Shown: positions 36,389-48,259, numbered from the whole stretch's first letter. The stretch is DNA of 63,964 nt, filler included, from Vicugna vicugna (GCA_013265495.1; 85 parts of 82 records of this genome joined end to end with filler, not necessarily neighbours in it), one strand, 5' to 3'. Notes: generated by a model from the letters alone, not told the origin. A program made the numbers and translations.

Positions 36389-37313
36389 TCCACATGCTCA
36401 ATTCTGAGAGTTGAATGTGCATGTAATTGGTCAGTGACCTATCTTGTTGTGAACACACAGTTTCTTTTGACTGTGGAACTAAACTGCATATATATATATG
36501 GATAGGTAGTAGCTCCAACACAGTTTTACACTGAAAACTGCATGAACTTCAAACCGGCACTAGAAAACATACTTACAAATCACAGTAAGTGTTTCTAAAG
36601 TTACAAAATCCATTTATGCTACATGAGCAAACGCCTCTACACATGTTCAATTCTGAGAGTTGAATGTGTGTGAAAGCCATCAAACAACTAGCTTGTTGGG
36701 AAAACACAGTTTCTTTTCTATTGGAAACTACACGATATCTATATGGTGAGATACTAGCACCAACCTGGTTTTACAGTGGAAATTGCATGAAATTCAAACC
36801 GGACCTAGGAAAAATAATGAGAAACCAGACTAAGTGTTTCTACTGCAACCCATTGCCCTCATCCTAGACGAATGAAAGCCTCTAGCCTCTCTCCTTGCTC
36901 AGTTCTGAGAGATGTATGTGTTCAAAAGCCACCTATCGGTTAGCTTGTAGGGAACACACAGATTCTTTTGAGTGGGGAAAAACAATATATACATATATAT
37001 GGGAGGTAATATTTCCAAGTCGACTTTACAGTGAAAACTGCATGAAATTCAAACCAGCACTTGGAACGAAACTGAGAAACCAGAGTAAGTGTTTCTAATG
37101 CAATCCATTCCCTTTATGCTAGATGAATGAACGTATCTTAAAATGCTCTATTCTGAGACTTAAGTGTGTGTGAAAGCCGTCAATCACCTAGCTTTTTGGG
37201 AACACACAGTTTCTTTTGAGTTGGGAATAACACTATATAAATATATATGGGACGGCACTAGCTCCAATTCTGTTTTACAGTGAAAAATGCATGAAATTCA
37301 AACCGGCACGAGG
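36389..37313 (+). repeat. SatE satellite (~250-bp monomer, ~3.7 diverged copies)
   Basis: CTGAGA at 36404, 36653, 36905 and 37153; GAAAA.TGCATGAA.TTCAAACC repeated. Confidence 0.92.
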
Positions 37314-37413
37314 NNNNNNNNNNNNNNNNNNNNNNNNNNNNNNNNNNNNNNNNNNNNTTAATTAATTAANNNNNNNNNNNNNNNNNNNNNNNNNNNNNNN
37401 NNNNNNNNNNNNN

Positions 37414-37570
37414 CTAAGAGATAGGAAATTTACATGAATTCCATCAACATGGCATTCCGGGTTCCATACATGTTACATGCATGATGGATTCGGCAATCAT
37501 GCATTTCTCACTTGTGATCATGTGAATTACTGCCCTTTCATCCACCAAAGAAGGCGTATATAGACTTAGA
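37414..37570 (-). repeat. SatA satellite
   Basis: Partial unit. Confidence 0.9.
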
Positions 37571-37670
37571 NNNNNNNNNNNNNNNNNNNNNNNNNNNNNN
37601 NNNNNNNNNNNNNNTTAATTAATTAANNNNNNNNNNNNNNNNNNNNNNNNNNNNNNNNNNNNNNNNNNNN

Positions 37671-38191
37671 ATCAAGGAGGCTGACATAGAGCACCGGCCG
37701 GCTCACGAGATGACTCCATCGCCCCCTCATCTGACCTAAGTCATCTAACACAGTAATCCGTTGATCTCTAACTAAAACTAGAACACGGGTTGGGCTGGAA
37801 AGTAATATTTTTTCCTACAATATATACATATTGTCAACTAAAAATTGGCACTTGTCATCTGCCTCTGATTTGGTTAAGTCATGAGCCACTGCACTGCTGG
37901 CCTCCAACACCCTCTGAACATCAGGAATGGGGATGTGCTCTGGGAAAGTGGGCAGAAAAGTCTTCAGATAGTTAGACATTTTCAGGAAATTTTATGAGCC
38001 CAAATTCTTGCATCTCCTCCTATCTAGAAAAGCACTAAAACCATTAACAGAGAAACCTGCTCCTTGACTAGCAGTAGCCTCTGCCTAAACGTGTACTGGA
38101 CCGCACGTCCCTCTTCACTGAAATCTTATATAATTCTGAGCCCCCTCTCATCTTCAGAGCAGTTTCTCCGAGCTCTCTGAGATACTGTCAC
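37671..38191 (+). mobile_element. ERV LTR fragment
   Basis: U3-like composition, TATA-like CTTATATAA near 38124, then CAGAGCAGTTTCTCCGAGCTCTCTGAGA as in ERV1-type LTRs. Confidence 0.55.
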
Positions 38192-38759
38192 NNNNNNNNN
38201 NNNNNNNNNNNNNNNNNNNNNNNNNNNNNNNNNNNTTAATTAATTAANNNNNNNNNNNNNNNNNNNNNNNNNNNNNNNNNNNNNNNNNNNNGAAACAGAG
38301 CAGAAGGTGGGGGGGTAGGCAGCCCAGAAGAGCTCGGCTGTATTTCCGAGGCAAAGTGGGGCGTTTGACTTAATCACAGGGACAAACTGAGAATGAACAT
38401 TTCCCTGCTCTGTCCCAAACACCGTGATACGCCTTTCCCTGCATAAGGAGTTCATTCGGAAGTCCCTGGCGGTGTTTCTGATGTCCTAACNNNNNNNNNN
38501 NNNNNNNNNNNNNNNNNNNNNNNNNNNNNNNTGGTCCTGGGAGGCAGGAGACACCGGCTCCAGCCCCAGCTCAACCAGCGCCTCGTTCCGCCTCTCGGGG
38601 TTCAGCATCTCATCTATAAGCAAAGGGATGAGACTGTCCCACGACAGGCTGCCCAACAGAAATGAAATGAGAGCCATGTAAAGAAAGTTTCCCAGTTGCC
38701 ACGTTTAAAATGGTAAACAAAGTAACAAACCAACAAACAAAAACCAATACGAGAAACTG

Positions 38760-38972
38760 ATTTTAAGAACAGATCTTATTTAATCTACTGTATGTTAAAT
38801 ACTATCATTTTGACATGTAATCAATATAGGAAGTAAAGAGATAGTTTATATACTTTTACTAGACAAGCCTCAGCGTCTGATGTGCATTTGACCTACAGCA
38901 CATCTCAGCTAAGTCCAGCCTCCTACCCAGAGCTCCTAGCATCCATGGATTTGGCTACTATATTGGACAGCA
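38760..38972. mobile_element. MER3/MER33-like hAT-Charlie DNA transposon relic
   Basis: CATTTTGACATGTAATCAATAT...CAGCACATCTCA...GGCTACTATATTGGACAGCA. Confidence 0.6.
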
Positions 38973-39133
38973 ACTCCAGGGTTCTCATCATGGTCCTGGC
39001 TGTAAAGCGGGAGTAAGTGTCCACACTAACCCTNNNNNNNNNNNNNNNNNNNNNNNNNNNNNNNNNNNNNNNNNNNNTTAATTAATTAANNNNNNNNNNN
39101 NNNNNNNNNNNNNNNNNNNNNNNNNNNNNNNNN

Positions 39134-39912
39134 TATTCAGTATTCTCTTTTCTATATTCTATATTCTGAGTTCTGCATACCATTTTCTCAAATCTGGTTT
39201 TTGTATTCTCTTTTCCATATTCTATATTCTGTGTTCTGCATTCTATATTCTGTATTCTATATTCTGCTTTCCGTATTCTATATTCTATATTCTGTGATCT
39301 ACATTGTATATTCTAAATTCTATATTCAGTATTTTGTATTCTATATTTTAAATTCTGTGTTCTACATTCCATGTTCTAAATTTTGGTTTCTATATTCTGT
39401 ATACTATATTCTATATTCTGGGTTCTACATTCTATATTCTAAATTCNNNNNNNNNNNNNNNNNNNNNNNNNNNNNNNTGTGCTCATTATTCTATATTCTA
39501 TATCCTATATTCTGCATTCCGTAGTCTATATTCTATATTCTGTGTTCTACATTCTATATTCTAAAGTCTATATTCAGTATTCTGTATTCTATAATCAAAA
39601 TCTGTGTTCTACATTCTATATTCTGAATTCTATATTCTGTAATCTCTATTCTATATTCTAAATTCTGTGTTCTACATCCTATATTCAAAATTTTATATTC
39701 AGTATTCTGTATTCTATAATCTAAACTCTGTGTTGTGCATTCCATGTTCTAAATTCTGGTTTCTGTATTCTGTTTTCCATATTCTACATTCTGTGTTCTT
39801 CATTCTATATTCTGAATTCTATATTTTGCATTCCGTATTGTACATTCTATATTCTGTGTCCTACATTCTATAATCTAAATTCTATATTCAGTATTCTGTA
39901 TTCTATATTCTA
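39134..39912 (-). repeat. SatD satellite
   Basis: Degenerate ATATTCT array. Confidence 0.93.
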
Positions 39913-40404
39913 NNNNNNNNNNNNNNNNNNNNNNNNNNNNNNNNNNNNNNNNNNNNTTAATTAATTAANNNNNNNNNNNNNNNNNNNNNNNNNNNNNNNN
40001 NNNNNNNNNNNNCTGACTCCTCACCTTACAGTTAAAAGGGTGGCATCCCTGACAGGCTGAGCAACGTGCTAACGGCAGAGCGTGGAAGTGGCAGCGCCAA
40101 ATTAAACGCACCGTGCCAACCCCCGTTCAAGGACGCTGACACTGAGGACGGGGCCAAGGTTTCCAAAGAGGAGAATGAGACAGTGTAAATACTTTGTTCC
40201 CCCCAAAACCCCAAATGATTTTTAAAGGCACAAAAACTCACCTTAACAAGCTCTCTTCTGAGGGGGGCTCTCTTCTGTCTCTTCGTCTTTCTGTCTGCCT
40301 CCATTTCCCTCTCTCAAAAACACGTACAATTTTGTGAAAGGGGACTTCCTGCCATACAAAGACAGACTTCACATCTTCAGAAAGACAGTTGACAAAGCAG
40401 TTTC

Positions 40405-40794
40405 TCAATTCAAGTCTTTGTGTGAGGTCTGGGCAACTGCCTTATTTTCTAGAAAAATTGGTGGTTCCAAAATCAGGAGATCATCTTCCCCAGAGGAAGA
40501 GTTCTGGTCCGTGTTGATGAAGTTGGGGATGTCACATTTCGTGAGGCTGTTTGGCTCCTCCTCTGGCCATTTGCTGCATCTGATGGCTTCCTGGAGCCGA
40601 ATATCATTGTCAAGGGCAATGGTTGAGATACCAGCTTTGGCCTTGTCCAAGTGGTCCACTTCACTGATGTAGCAGTGAAAGAGGGACCTAGATTCGTTAT
40701 TGCCCTGCCAGAGAACACCTTGGGCAGCAGCTGTCCTCCAAAGTCTGACACAAAGCTGTTCAGTCTGAACCTCTTCTCGGGAGAATCTGCATTG
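40405..40794 (-). CDS. Probable terminal coding exon of an unidentified gene (possibly frameshifted)
   Basis: Strong acceptor TTTTATTTTGCTTTTCTTTATAG, then 390 nt open to TGA; protein-like C-terminus ...SLFHCYISEVDHLDKAK...CDIPNFINTDQNSSSGEDDLLILEPPIFLENK. Confidence 0.6.
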   Translation of the reverse strand, partial: QCRFSREEVQTEQLCVRLWRTAAAQGVLWQGNNESRSLFHCYISEVDHLDKAKAGISTIALDNDIRLQEAIRCSKWPEEEPNSLTKCDIPNFINTDQNSSSGEDDLLILEPPIFLENKAVAQTSHKDLN

Positions 40795-40971
40795 CTATAA
40801 AGAAAAGCAAAATAAAAGGTCGCTCACAGCTCGGTGACCTGAAGAATCATAGTTTTTGCCATCTACTGAGANNNNNNNNNNNNNNNNNNNNNNNNNNNNN
40901 NNNNNNNNNNNNNNNTTAATTAATTAANNNNNNNNNNNNNNNNNNNNNNNNNNNNNNNNNNNNNNNNNNNN

Positions 40972-41569
40972 TCTTTGACTGAACTTGAATATGTATTAGG
41001 CCTCCATTTTTCAAGATATTATAGGTAAATATAAAAAGTCAGATAGGGAACTGAACTGTAAAAGTCGCCAATGACATTAAAGATACAGATTATGAGGACC
41101 ATCTTTCAGTTGACTAAAGCCCCCGGGAGCTCTATAGCATGGGGGTTGCAGACTTGGTTGCGTTAAATTGCTTTACCCAACATGATTGGATGATTAAGCG
41201 TTCTCATCACTGATAGAAGAACACCTGGCTCTCAGTAGACTAGCATGGCTGCAGCAGGGTTCTCATAGCTACAATGCTTCTAGGTGATTTTGCATTCAAA
41301 CCTAAATGTATATATTTGGTTTGTTTTCTCTTGTATTTTCCAAGAGAGGGATGTTACCCCTTGAAATGCCATCATTGGCCAGTAGGTGTCATTGGGAGTA
41401 AAGGGCACCACATGCACAAGTGAATCCAAGGTTGGGGATGGGGGTTATTCAAGTTTCCGATAGTTATTTCATGGTTCCGGTTGGTTTCGGAGGCTTCAAA
41501 AGGAAAGAGTTGACAAAAACCCTATAGCAGTTTGGACTGCTACTTTGCATTCTATCTGTCTATGTTTTC
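40972..41569 (+). repeat. Unidentified multicopy sequence, paralogue of 5929-6541
   Basis: Collinear alignment over ~600 bp, roughly 80% identity by eye. Confidence 0.85.
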
Positions 41570-41669
41570 NNNNNNNNNNNNNNNNNNNNNNNNNNNNNNN
41601 NNNNNNNNNNNNNTTAATTAATTAANNNNNNNNNNNNNNNNNNNNNNNNNNNNNNNNNNNNNNNNNNNN

Positions 41670-41940
41670 AGAACAAAATAGTTGAGGTAGTGACAGAGAG
41701 GATGGATGTGGGAATGACGGCCCGGAGAAGATTGGATGGGTGGCCCCCATGGCGACTTTTGGATGATCTGGCTTTCGATGTCACTTGTAATAAGAGATGG
41801 GGCAGCGAGAGTGAGGTCACAGACATCAGAAGCCGAGAGGATGTGCTCGGAGTTGCTGGTGAAAGTTCTCTTCTGTTGGCTTCAGTTTGCTTGGTCAAAG
41901 TAGAAAAGTAAACTTACCAGCTGAGGAACGAGGAGGAAGA
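41670..41940 (-). mobile_element. L2 ORF2 fragment
   Basis: Minus-strand TKQTEANRRELS resembles L2 FTEKIEAIRREL. Confidence 0.55.
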
Positions 41941-42620
41941 GCTACTAGAGTCAGGAGCAGGAGTTACGAAAGAGCCTTCAGGGACAATGGGACAGTGAAA
42001 AGAGCAGGGGGAGACGGGGGGAGTGTGCTCTCAGAAAGTTACATTTTATCTTTGAGGTCCCCAAGTGTTAGATGTGTGATTGCCCTTCCTGCTGTCTACA
42101 AAATAAAANNNNNNNNNNNNNNNNNNNNNNNNNNNNNNNNNNNNNNNNNNNNNNNNNNNNNNNNNNNCTGTTTCTCAGGAATGGTCATCTTAAACTGTAA
42201 ACATTACAAAAATGTTGAAAAGAAGAACTTGTGTACCCAATGACCCACTATTTTCTATAAATTTGGTTGCTATTTAGTTCCCCTATCAATACCGCAGAAC
42301 CGATACTGCCTAGGATGGAGATACATCGATGCTTAAGTGGAAATGAAATCTGTACCTTTTTCCTAAACTCCATGGCTCCCTTAACATCCCATTCCCCTTG
42401 GAATTTAGGGGTGTCTGGTATAAGAAAGGAGAAACAGTTTAAGAAAACCCCGGCTAAGAATTACACAGCACAACTTCAGCTCAGAAGTATACAGCAGTAA
42501 AAAATGTTTAGAAGCAAAACNNNNNNNNNNNNNNNNNNNNNNNNNNNNNNNNNNNNNNNNNNNNTTAATTAATTAANNNNNNNNNNNNNNNNNNNNNNNN
42601 NNNNNNNNNNNNNNNNNNNN

Positions 42621-43560
42621 CCAGAATATATAAGCAGCTCATACAACTTAATAAGAAAGAAACAAGTAATCAACACGAAAGTGGGCAGAAGAGCTAAACA
42701 AGCAATTCTCCAAGGAAGAAATACAAATGATCAATAGGCACATGAGAAAATGCTCAATATCACTAATTATCAGAGCAATGTAAATCAAAACTACAATGAG
42801 GTATCACCTCACACCAGTTAGAATGGCCATCATTCAAAAGGCCACAAATGACAAATGCTGGAGAGGCTGTGGAGAAAAGGGAACCCTCCTACACTGCTGG
42901 TGGGAATGCACTTTGGTGCAGCCACTGTGGAGAACAGTATGGAGATTCCTCAAAACACTAGAAAAAGACTTACGAGATGACCCAGGAATCCCGCTCCTGG
43001 GCATATACCAAGAAGGAACCCNNNNNNNNNNNNNNNNNNNNNNNNNNNNNNNNNNNNNNTGTCCATCAACAGATGACTGGATAAAGAAGATGTGATATAG
43101 TTATACAATAGAATACTAGTCAGCCATAAAAACCGATAACATAACGTCATTTGCAGCAACATGGATGTTCCTGGAGAATTCCATTTTATGTGAAGTAAGC
43201 CAGATACAGAAAGAAAAATACCATAAGAGATCGCTCATATGTAGAATAAAAAAAAATACCAAACAGAAACAGACTCATAGACATAGAATACAAACTTGTG
43301 GTTGTCAATGGGGTAGGGGGTGGGAAGGAAAAGACTGAGATTTCAAAATTTGTAGATATTCACAGGCATATATAGAATAGATAAAGAAGATTATACTGTA
43401 TAGCACAGGGAAATATATACAAGATCTTGCGGTAGCTTACAAGGGAAAAAATGTGACAACGAATATATGTATGTTGATGTATAAGTTAAAAATTGTGCTC
43501 TTTGCTGGACTTTGACACAACATTGTAAAATTACTATAACTCAATTTTTAAAAAATGAAA
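42621..43560 (+). mobile_element. LINE-1 ORF2 C-terminus plus 3' UTR and A-rich tail
   Basis: [15 protein letters not shown]...[18 protein letters not shown] cysteine-rich motif; 3' UTR ends TTGACACAACATTGTAAAATTACTATAACTCAAT...AAAA. Confidence 0.96.
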
Positions 43561-43660
43561 NNNNNNNNNNNNNNNNNNNNNNNNNNNNNNNNNNNNNNNN
43601 NNNNTTAATTAATTAANNNNNNNNNNNNNNNNNNNNNNNNNNNNNNNNNNNNNNNNNNNN

Positions 43661-44172
43661 CTCTCTTCAGTCACAGGTGTTCCCTGTTGGGAGAAGTCCG
43701 AGAAAAATCTTCCCTGAACATGGGGAGGCAGCCTCTTTCACTGGGATATCGTGCAAACCCCCCTAGCATTCCCTCGCACAGAGACATTAGGTAAACCCTC
43801 AGGGGAGACGAGCTTAGGCTTTCCGTTTGAACCCACGCGCTGCCGATAGTTGGTGTAACCTTCCCACGCTCAGGAAACATTGTCAGTGCGTGGGGGAGCT
43901 CGGGAGACAACTCCACGCAGCTCTCTTCAGTCACAGGTGTTCCCTGTTCGGGGAAGCCCGAGAAGTAACTTCCTTGACTTTGGGGAGGCAGCCTCTGTCA
44001 CTGGGATATCCTGCAAACGCCCCTAGCATTCCCTGGCACATAGACATTAGGAAAACCCTCAGGGGTGACGAGCTTAGGCTTTCCGTAGGAACCCACGCGC
44101 TGCCGACCGATGGTGGAACCTCCCCGCATCAGGATTCCGGAACCATTGTCAGTGCGTGGGGGAGCTCGATAG
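43661..44172 (+). repeat. SatB satellite
   Basis: Two monomers, the first with a short deletion near 43875. Confidence 0.94.
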
Positions 44173-44272
44173 NNNNNNNNNNNNNNNNNNNNNNNNNNNN
44201 NNNNNNNNNNNNNNNNTTAATTAATTAANNNNNNNNNNNNNNNNNNNNNNNNNNNNNNNNNNNNNNNNNNNN

Positions 44273-44519
44273 TAATTTGGTTTCTCAGTCTGTTTCCTAG
44301 TGCCGGTTTGAAGTGCCCACCTTTTTCACTGTACAACCGAGTTGGAGCTTGTACAACCCCATATATATGTATGGAGTGGAGTTTGCAACTGAAAAGAAAC
44401 TTTTTGTTCCATTCAAGATAGGTGAAGGATGACTTTCACACACAATTAACTCTCAGAACTGAGCATTTGGAGATACGTTCGTTCATTGAGCACAAAGGGA
44501 ACGGGTTGCAGGAGAAACC
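44273..44519 (-). repeat. SatE satellite
   Basis: Reverse complement has GCTCAGTTCTGAGAGTT and TTCAAACCGGCACTAGG. Confidence 0.88.
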
Positions 44520-44619
44520 NNNNNNNNNNNNNNNNNNNNNNNNNNNNNNNNNNNNNNNNNNNNTTAATTAATTAANNNNNNNNNNNNNNNNNNNNNNNNN
44601 NNNNNNNNNNNNNNNNNNN

Positions 44620-45424
44620 TGAGAGCTTTGGGTAAATATTTAAAATATATTTTTAAAATGTGTGCTTAAGATAATCTCTAAATATTTGTTATCTGCAAAT
44701 TCTAGAGTTGTGCTAAATTAAGTTAAATGATGTGATTTTATTAAATACCTATGCCATTTTCAGATAAAATAAGATTGAANNNNNNNNNNNNNNNNNNNNN
44801 NNNNNNNNNNNNNNNNNNNNNNNNNNNNNNNNNNNNNNNNNNNNNNNNNNNNNNNNNNNNNNNNNNNNNNNNNNNNNNNNNNNNNNNNNNNNNNNNNNNN
44901 NNNNNNNNNNNNNNNNNNNNNNNNNNNNNNNNNNNNNNNNNNNNNNNNNNNNNNNNNNNNNNNNNNNNNNNNNNNNNNNNNNNNNNNNNNNNNNNNNNNN
45001 NNNNNNNNNNNNNNNNNNNNNNNNNNNNNNNNNNNNNNNNNNNNNNNNNNNNNNNNNNNNNNNNNNNNNNNNNNNNNNNNNNNNNNNNNNNNNNNNNNNN
45101 NNNNNNNNNNNNNNNNNNNNNNNNNNNNNNNNNNNNNNNNNNNNNNNNNNNNNNNNNNNNNNNNNNNNNNNNNNNNNNNNNNNNNNNNNNNNNNNNNNNN
45201 NNNNNNNNNNNNNNNNNNNNNNNNNNNNNNNNNNNNNNNNNNNNNNNNNNNNNNNNNNNNNNNNNNNNNNNNNNNNNNNNNNNNNNNNNTTCTTGTTAAT
45301 AGTACTGCTTTGCAGTACACTATATGTTTATCTGACCAAGTGTTCTGAAATCATTTAACAAGGTCCACAAATATGAAACTCTAATTAAAATTCTTTTAAT
45401 CTCCAGTTAAGTTTGGGATGCTAC
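44620..45424. mobile_element. Possible non-coding ERV internal sequence
   Basis: AT-rich ERV1-int-like composition only; mostly gap. Confidence 0.3.
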
Positions 45425-45524
45425 NNNNNNNNNNNNNNNNNNNNNNNNNNNNNNNNNNNNNNNNNNNNTTAATTAATTAANNNNNNNNNNNNNNNNNNNN
45501 NNNNNNNNNNNNNNNNNNNNNNNN

Positions 45525-46321
45525 TCATTGTTCCGTACATGCTACATGCATCATGGATTCGACAAACATTCATTCCTGAGTTGAGAGCATGTGGATAAAT
45601 GATCTTTCATCCTCTATAAAAGGAATGTTTTCATCTAGACACGTGTACTCATTTTCACAAGCTTTCCCTAACACCAGTTTCGAATTCTTGCTTTTTTCAC
45701 AGAAAAATACTTCTAGAGCNNNNNNNNNNNNNNNNNNNNNNNNNNNNNNNNNNNNNNNNNNNNNNNNNNNNNNNNNNNNNNNNNNNNNNNNNNNNNNNNN
45801 NNNNNNNNNNNNNNNNNNNNNNNNNNNNNNNNNNNNNNNNNNNNNNNNNNNNNNNNNNNNNNNNNNNNNNNNNNNNNNNNNNNNNNNNNNNNNNNNNNNN
45901 NNNNNNNNNNNNNNNNNNNNNNNNNNNNNNNNNNNNNTTTGGCACCAGAAACACTCTTTGAGCGAATTCTCACCAATAAGCATTTAATTTACATTTTTTA
46001 CATAACCATGGTATTCCGTATTCCGAACATGTTCATGCGTCACGGATTCTTCAAACATGAATTTCTGAGTTGTGAACATGTGCATGACTCATATTTCAAA
46101 ATCCAATCAAGTTACCTATGCACTTTGAATTATTTACTTGGACTTCGTATCTTCTTCCTATCACCAGTTTCAAGAATCAAACTTTAATCTCAGAAAAACA
46201 TTCTTGGTACGAATTCTATCCTAGAGATATGTAACTTAAATAGATTCCATCAACATGATATTCCGTGCTCAGTACCTGCTTCATGCATGACGGATTCGAC
46301 AAACATGCATTCCTGAGTTGA
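45525..46321 (-). repeat. SatA satellite
   Basis: Closely similar to 149-890. Confidence 0.93.
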
Positions 46322-46519
46322 NNNNNNNNNNNNNNNNNNNNNNNNNNNNNNNNNNNNNNNNNNNNTTAATTAATTAANNNNNNNNNNNNNNNNNNNNNNN
46401 NNNNNNNNNNNNNNNNNNNNNATATTTTGGAGGTCTCAGATCCTGCAAGGCATTAGTTTTAGGTACCTTTTACTATGTGCCACTTTCATGGATGTTTCAT
46501 ATAACTTTTATAAGAGTGC

Positions 46520-46625
46520 TATAAAGTAGGTGCTATCATTTTTAGATGATGCTTTGAGAGGTTAAGGTCACGCAGCTAGTAAGTAGTGGAGCCTTCTTGT
46601 CTCTCTGGCCTCCAGTCACACTCCT
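46520..46625. mobile_element. MIR fragment
   Basis: GAGAGGTTAAGGTCACGCAGCTAGTAAGTAGTGGAGCC. Confidence 0.6.
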
Positions 46626-47033
46626 TGCTCTCTGGCTGCCTTTCTCTTTCTCAAGCACACAGTTCTTCAGACTTGGTAACCCTGTCACCAAAATGTCTAT
46701 CCCAGTCCCTGCTGAAGGCAAGATGGGGAGAGAAGATATTTCCAAACTTTTCCCTCCAGGGGCTTACAGTTTTGTTAAGGGAGAAAAACAATCAAATACT
46801 CACACAGCTGAGCTGAGGCTACATTTATTCATTCACTCACACATTCTTTCGATACTTACTAAATGTCTATTATGCCCCAGTCCCTGCTGAAGGCAAGATG
46901 GGGAGAGAAGATATTTCCAAACTTTTCTTTTCCNNNNNNNNNNNNNNNNNNNNNNNNNNNNNNNNNNNNNNNNNNNNTTAATTAATTAANNNNNNNNNNN
47001 NNNNNNNNNNNNNNNNNNNNNNNNNNNNNNNNN

Positions 47034-47068
<35 letters not shown>
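47034..47068. repeat. (TAAA)n microsatellite
   Basis: Directly visible. Confidence 0.9.
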
Positions 47069-47149
47069 CCAATTACCCCCCCCAAAAAAGTCCATGAAAA
47101 TGCCTGTCTCCTTCATCAGTTGCCAACACTTGGCAAACAGTATCTCCTT

Positions 47150-47298
47150 TCATCCTCAAAACAACCCTTTGAGGTGGTTAATAATATAGTCCTGATTTTA
47201 CAGATGAGAAATCTGAGGGTTACAGAGATGAATAACTTGACCAAGATCGTGTCTAAGAGATGGCAACACCAAGATTTGAACCCAGATATGTGTGGCTT
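47150..47298. mobile_element. MIR SINE
   Basis: TTTTACAGATGAGAAATCTGAGG...GATTTGAACCCAG. Confidence 0.8.
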
Positions 47299-47299
47299 C

Positions 47300-47762
47300 T
47301 GTGATGGTTTGAACTACATCCCCCCAAAAAGTTAGGTTGAGGTCCTAATCCCCAGTACCTCAGATTGTGACTTTGTTTGGAAATAGCATCTCTACAGAGG
47401 TAATCAAGTTAAAATAAGGTCATTAGGGTGGACTCTAATCCAAAATGACTGATGTCCTCATAAAAAGGGGAAATTTGGGCACAGAGCTAGACACATACAG
47501 AGGGAAGATGATGTGGAGACACACAGGGAGAAGACAGCTATGTGGCTGGAATGACACATGTACAAGCCAGAGAGCAGCAAGGATTGAGAGCAAACACCAG
47601 AAGCTAAAAGAGACAAGAAAGGATGCTCCCCAAGAGCCATCAGAGAGAGCTTGTCTCTGCTCACACCCTGGCTTCAGACTTCTATGAAACAATACATTTC
47701 TGTTGTTTTAAGTCACCCAAACTTTTTTGGTACTTTGTTAGAGAAGCTCTAAGAAACCAGTA
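47300..47762 (+). mobile_element. MLT1 (MaLR) LTR
   Basis: TGTGATGGTTTGAAC...CCCCAGTACCTCAGA...TGTTGTTTTAAGTCACCCA...TTTGTTA. Confidence 0.88.
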
Positions 47763-48259
47763 GAACTCCNNNNNNNNNNNNNNNNNNNNNNNNNNNNNNN
47801 NNNNNNNNNNNNNTTAATTAATTAANNNNNNNNNNNNNNNNNNNNNNNNNNNNNNNNNNNNNNNNNNNNATTACCCCTGTGAGTAATGGGGGTTCAGTCC
47901 TGTGGGGAACTCTGGTAGATTATGTGAAAACCACCTCCAAGTTTTCCAAGTCAAGGGCTGATGAAGCTGAGATATTTATGTTATCTCTGGTTCCTCACTG
48001 TTGAGGGCTACTGCAGGGGCCTTAAAGCTCTAGCACTTTCAGCCTGTCTCAGGCAGAGCCTACAGGCGCTCAGAAAGAAGCCAGCCATCAGCATATGGGC
48101 ATGGTGAGTGCCTAGGAAAAGTGGGGTACCAACAGCACTCACCAGAGTCCTGTTTTAATAGCCATCCACGCAGTGCTCTGCACATCACAGGCATCATTTT
48201 GGAACACCTCTAGAAATGATTGCCTTTTCCTATGAAAATAGCTATAAACAATTCTATTT

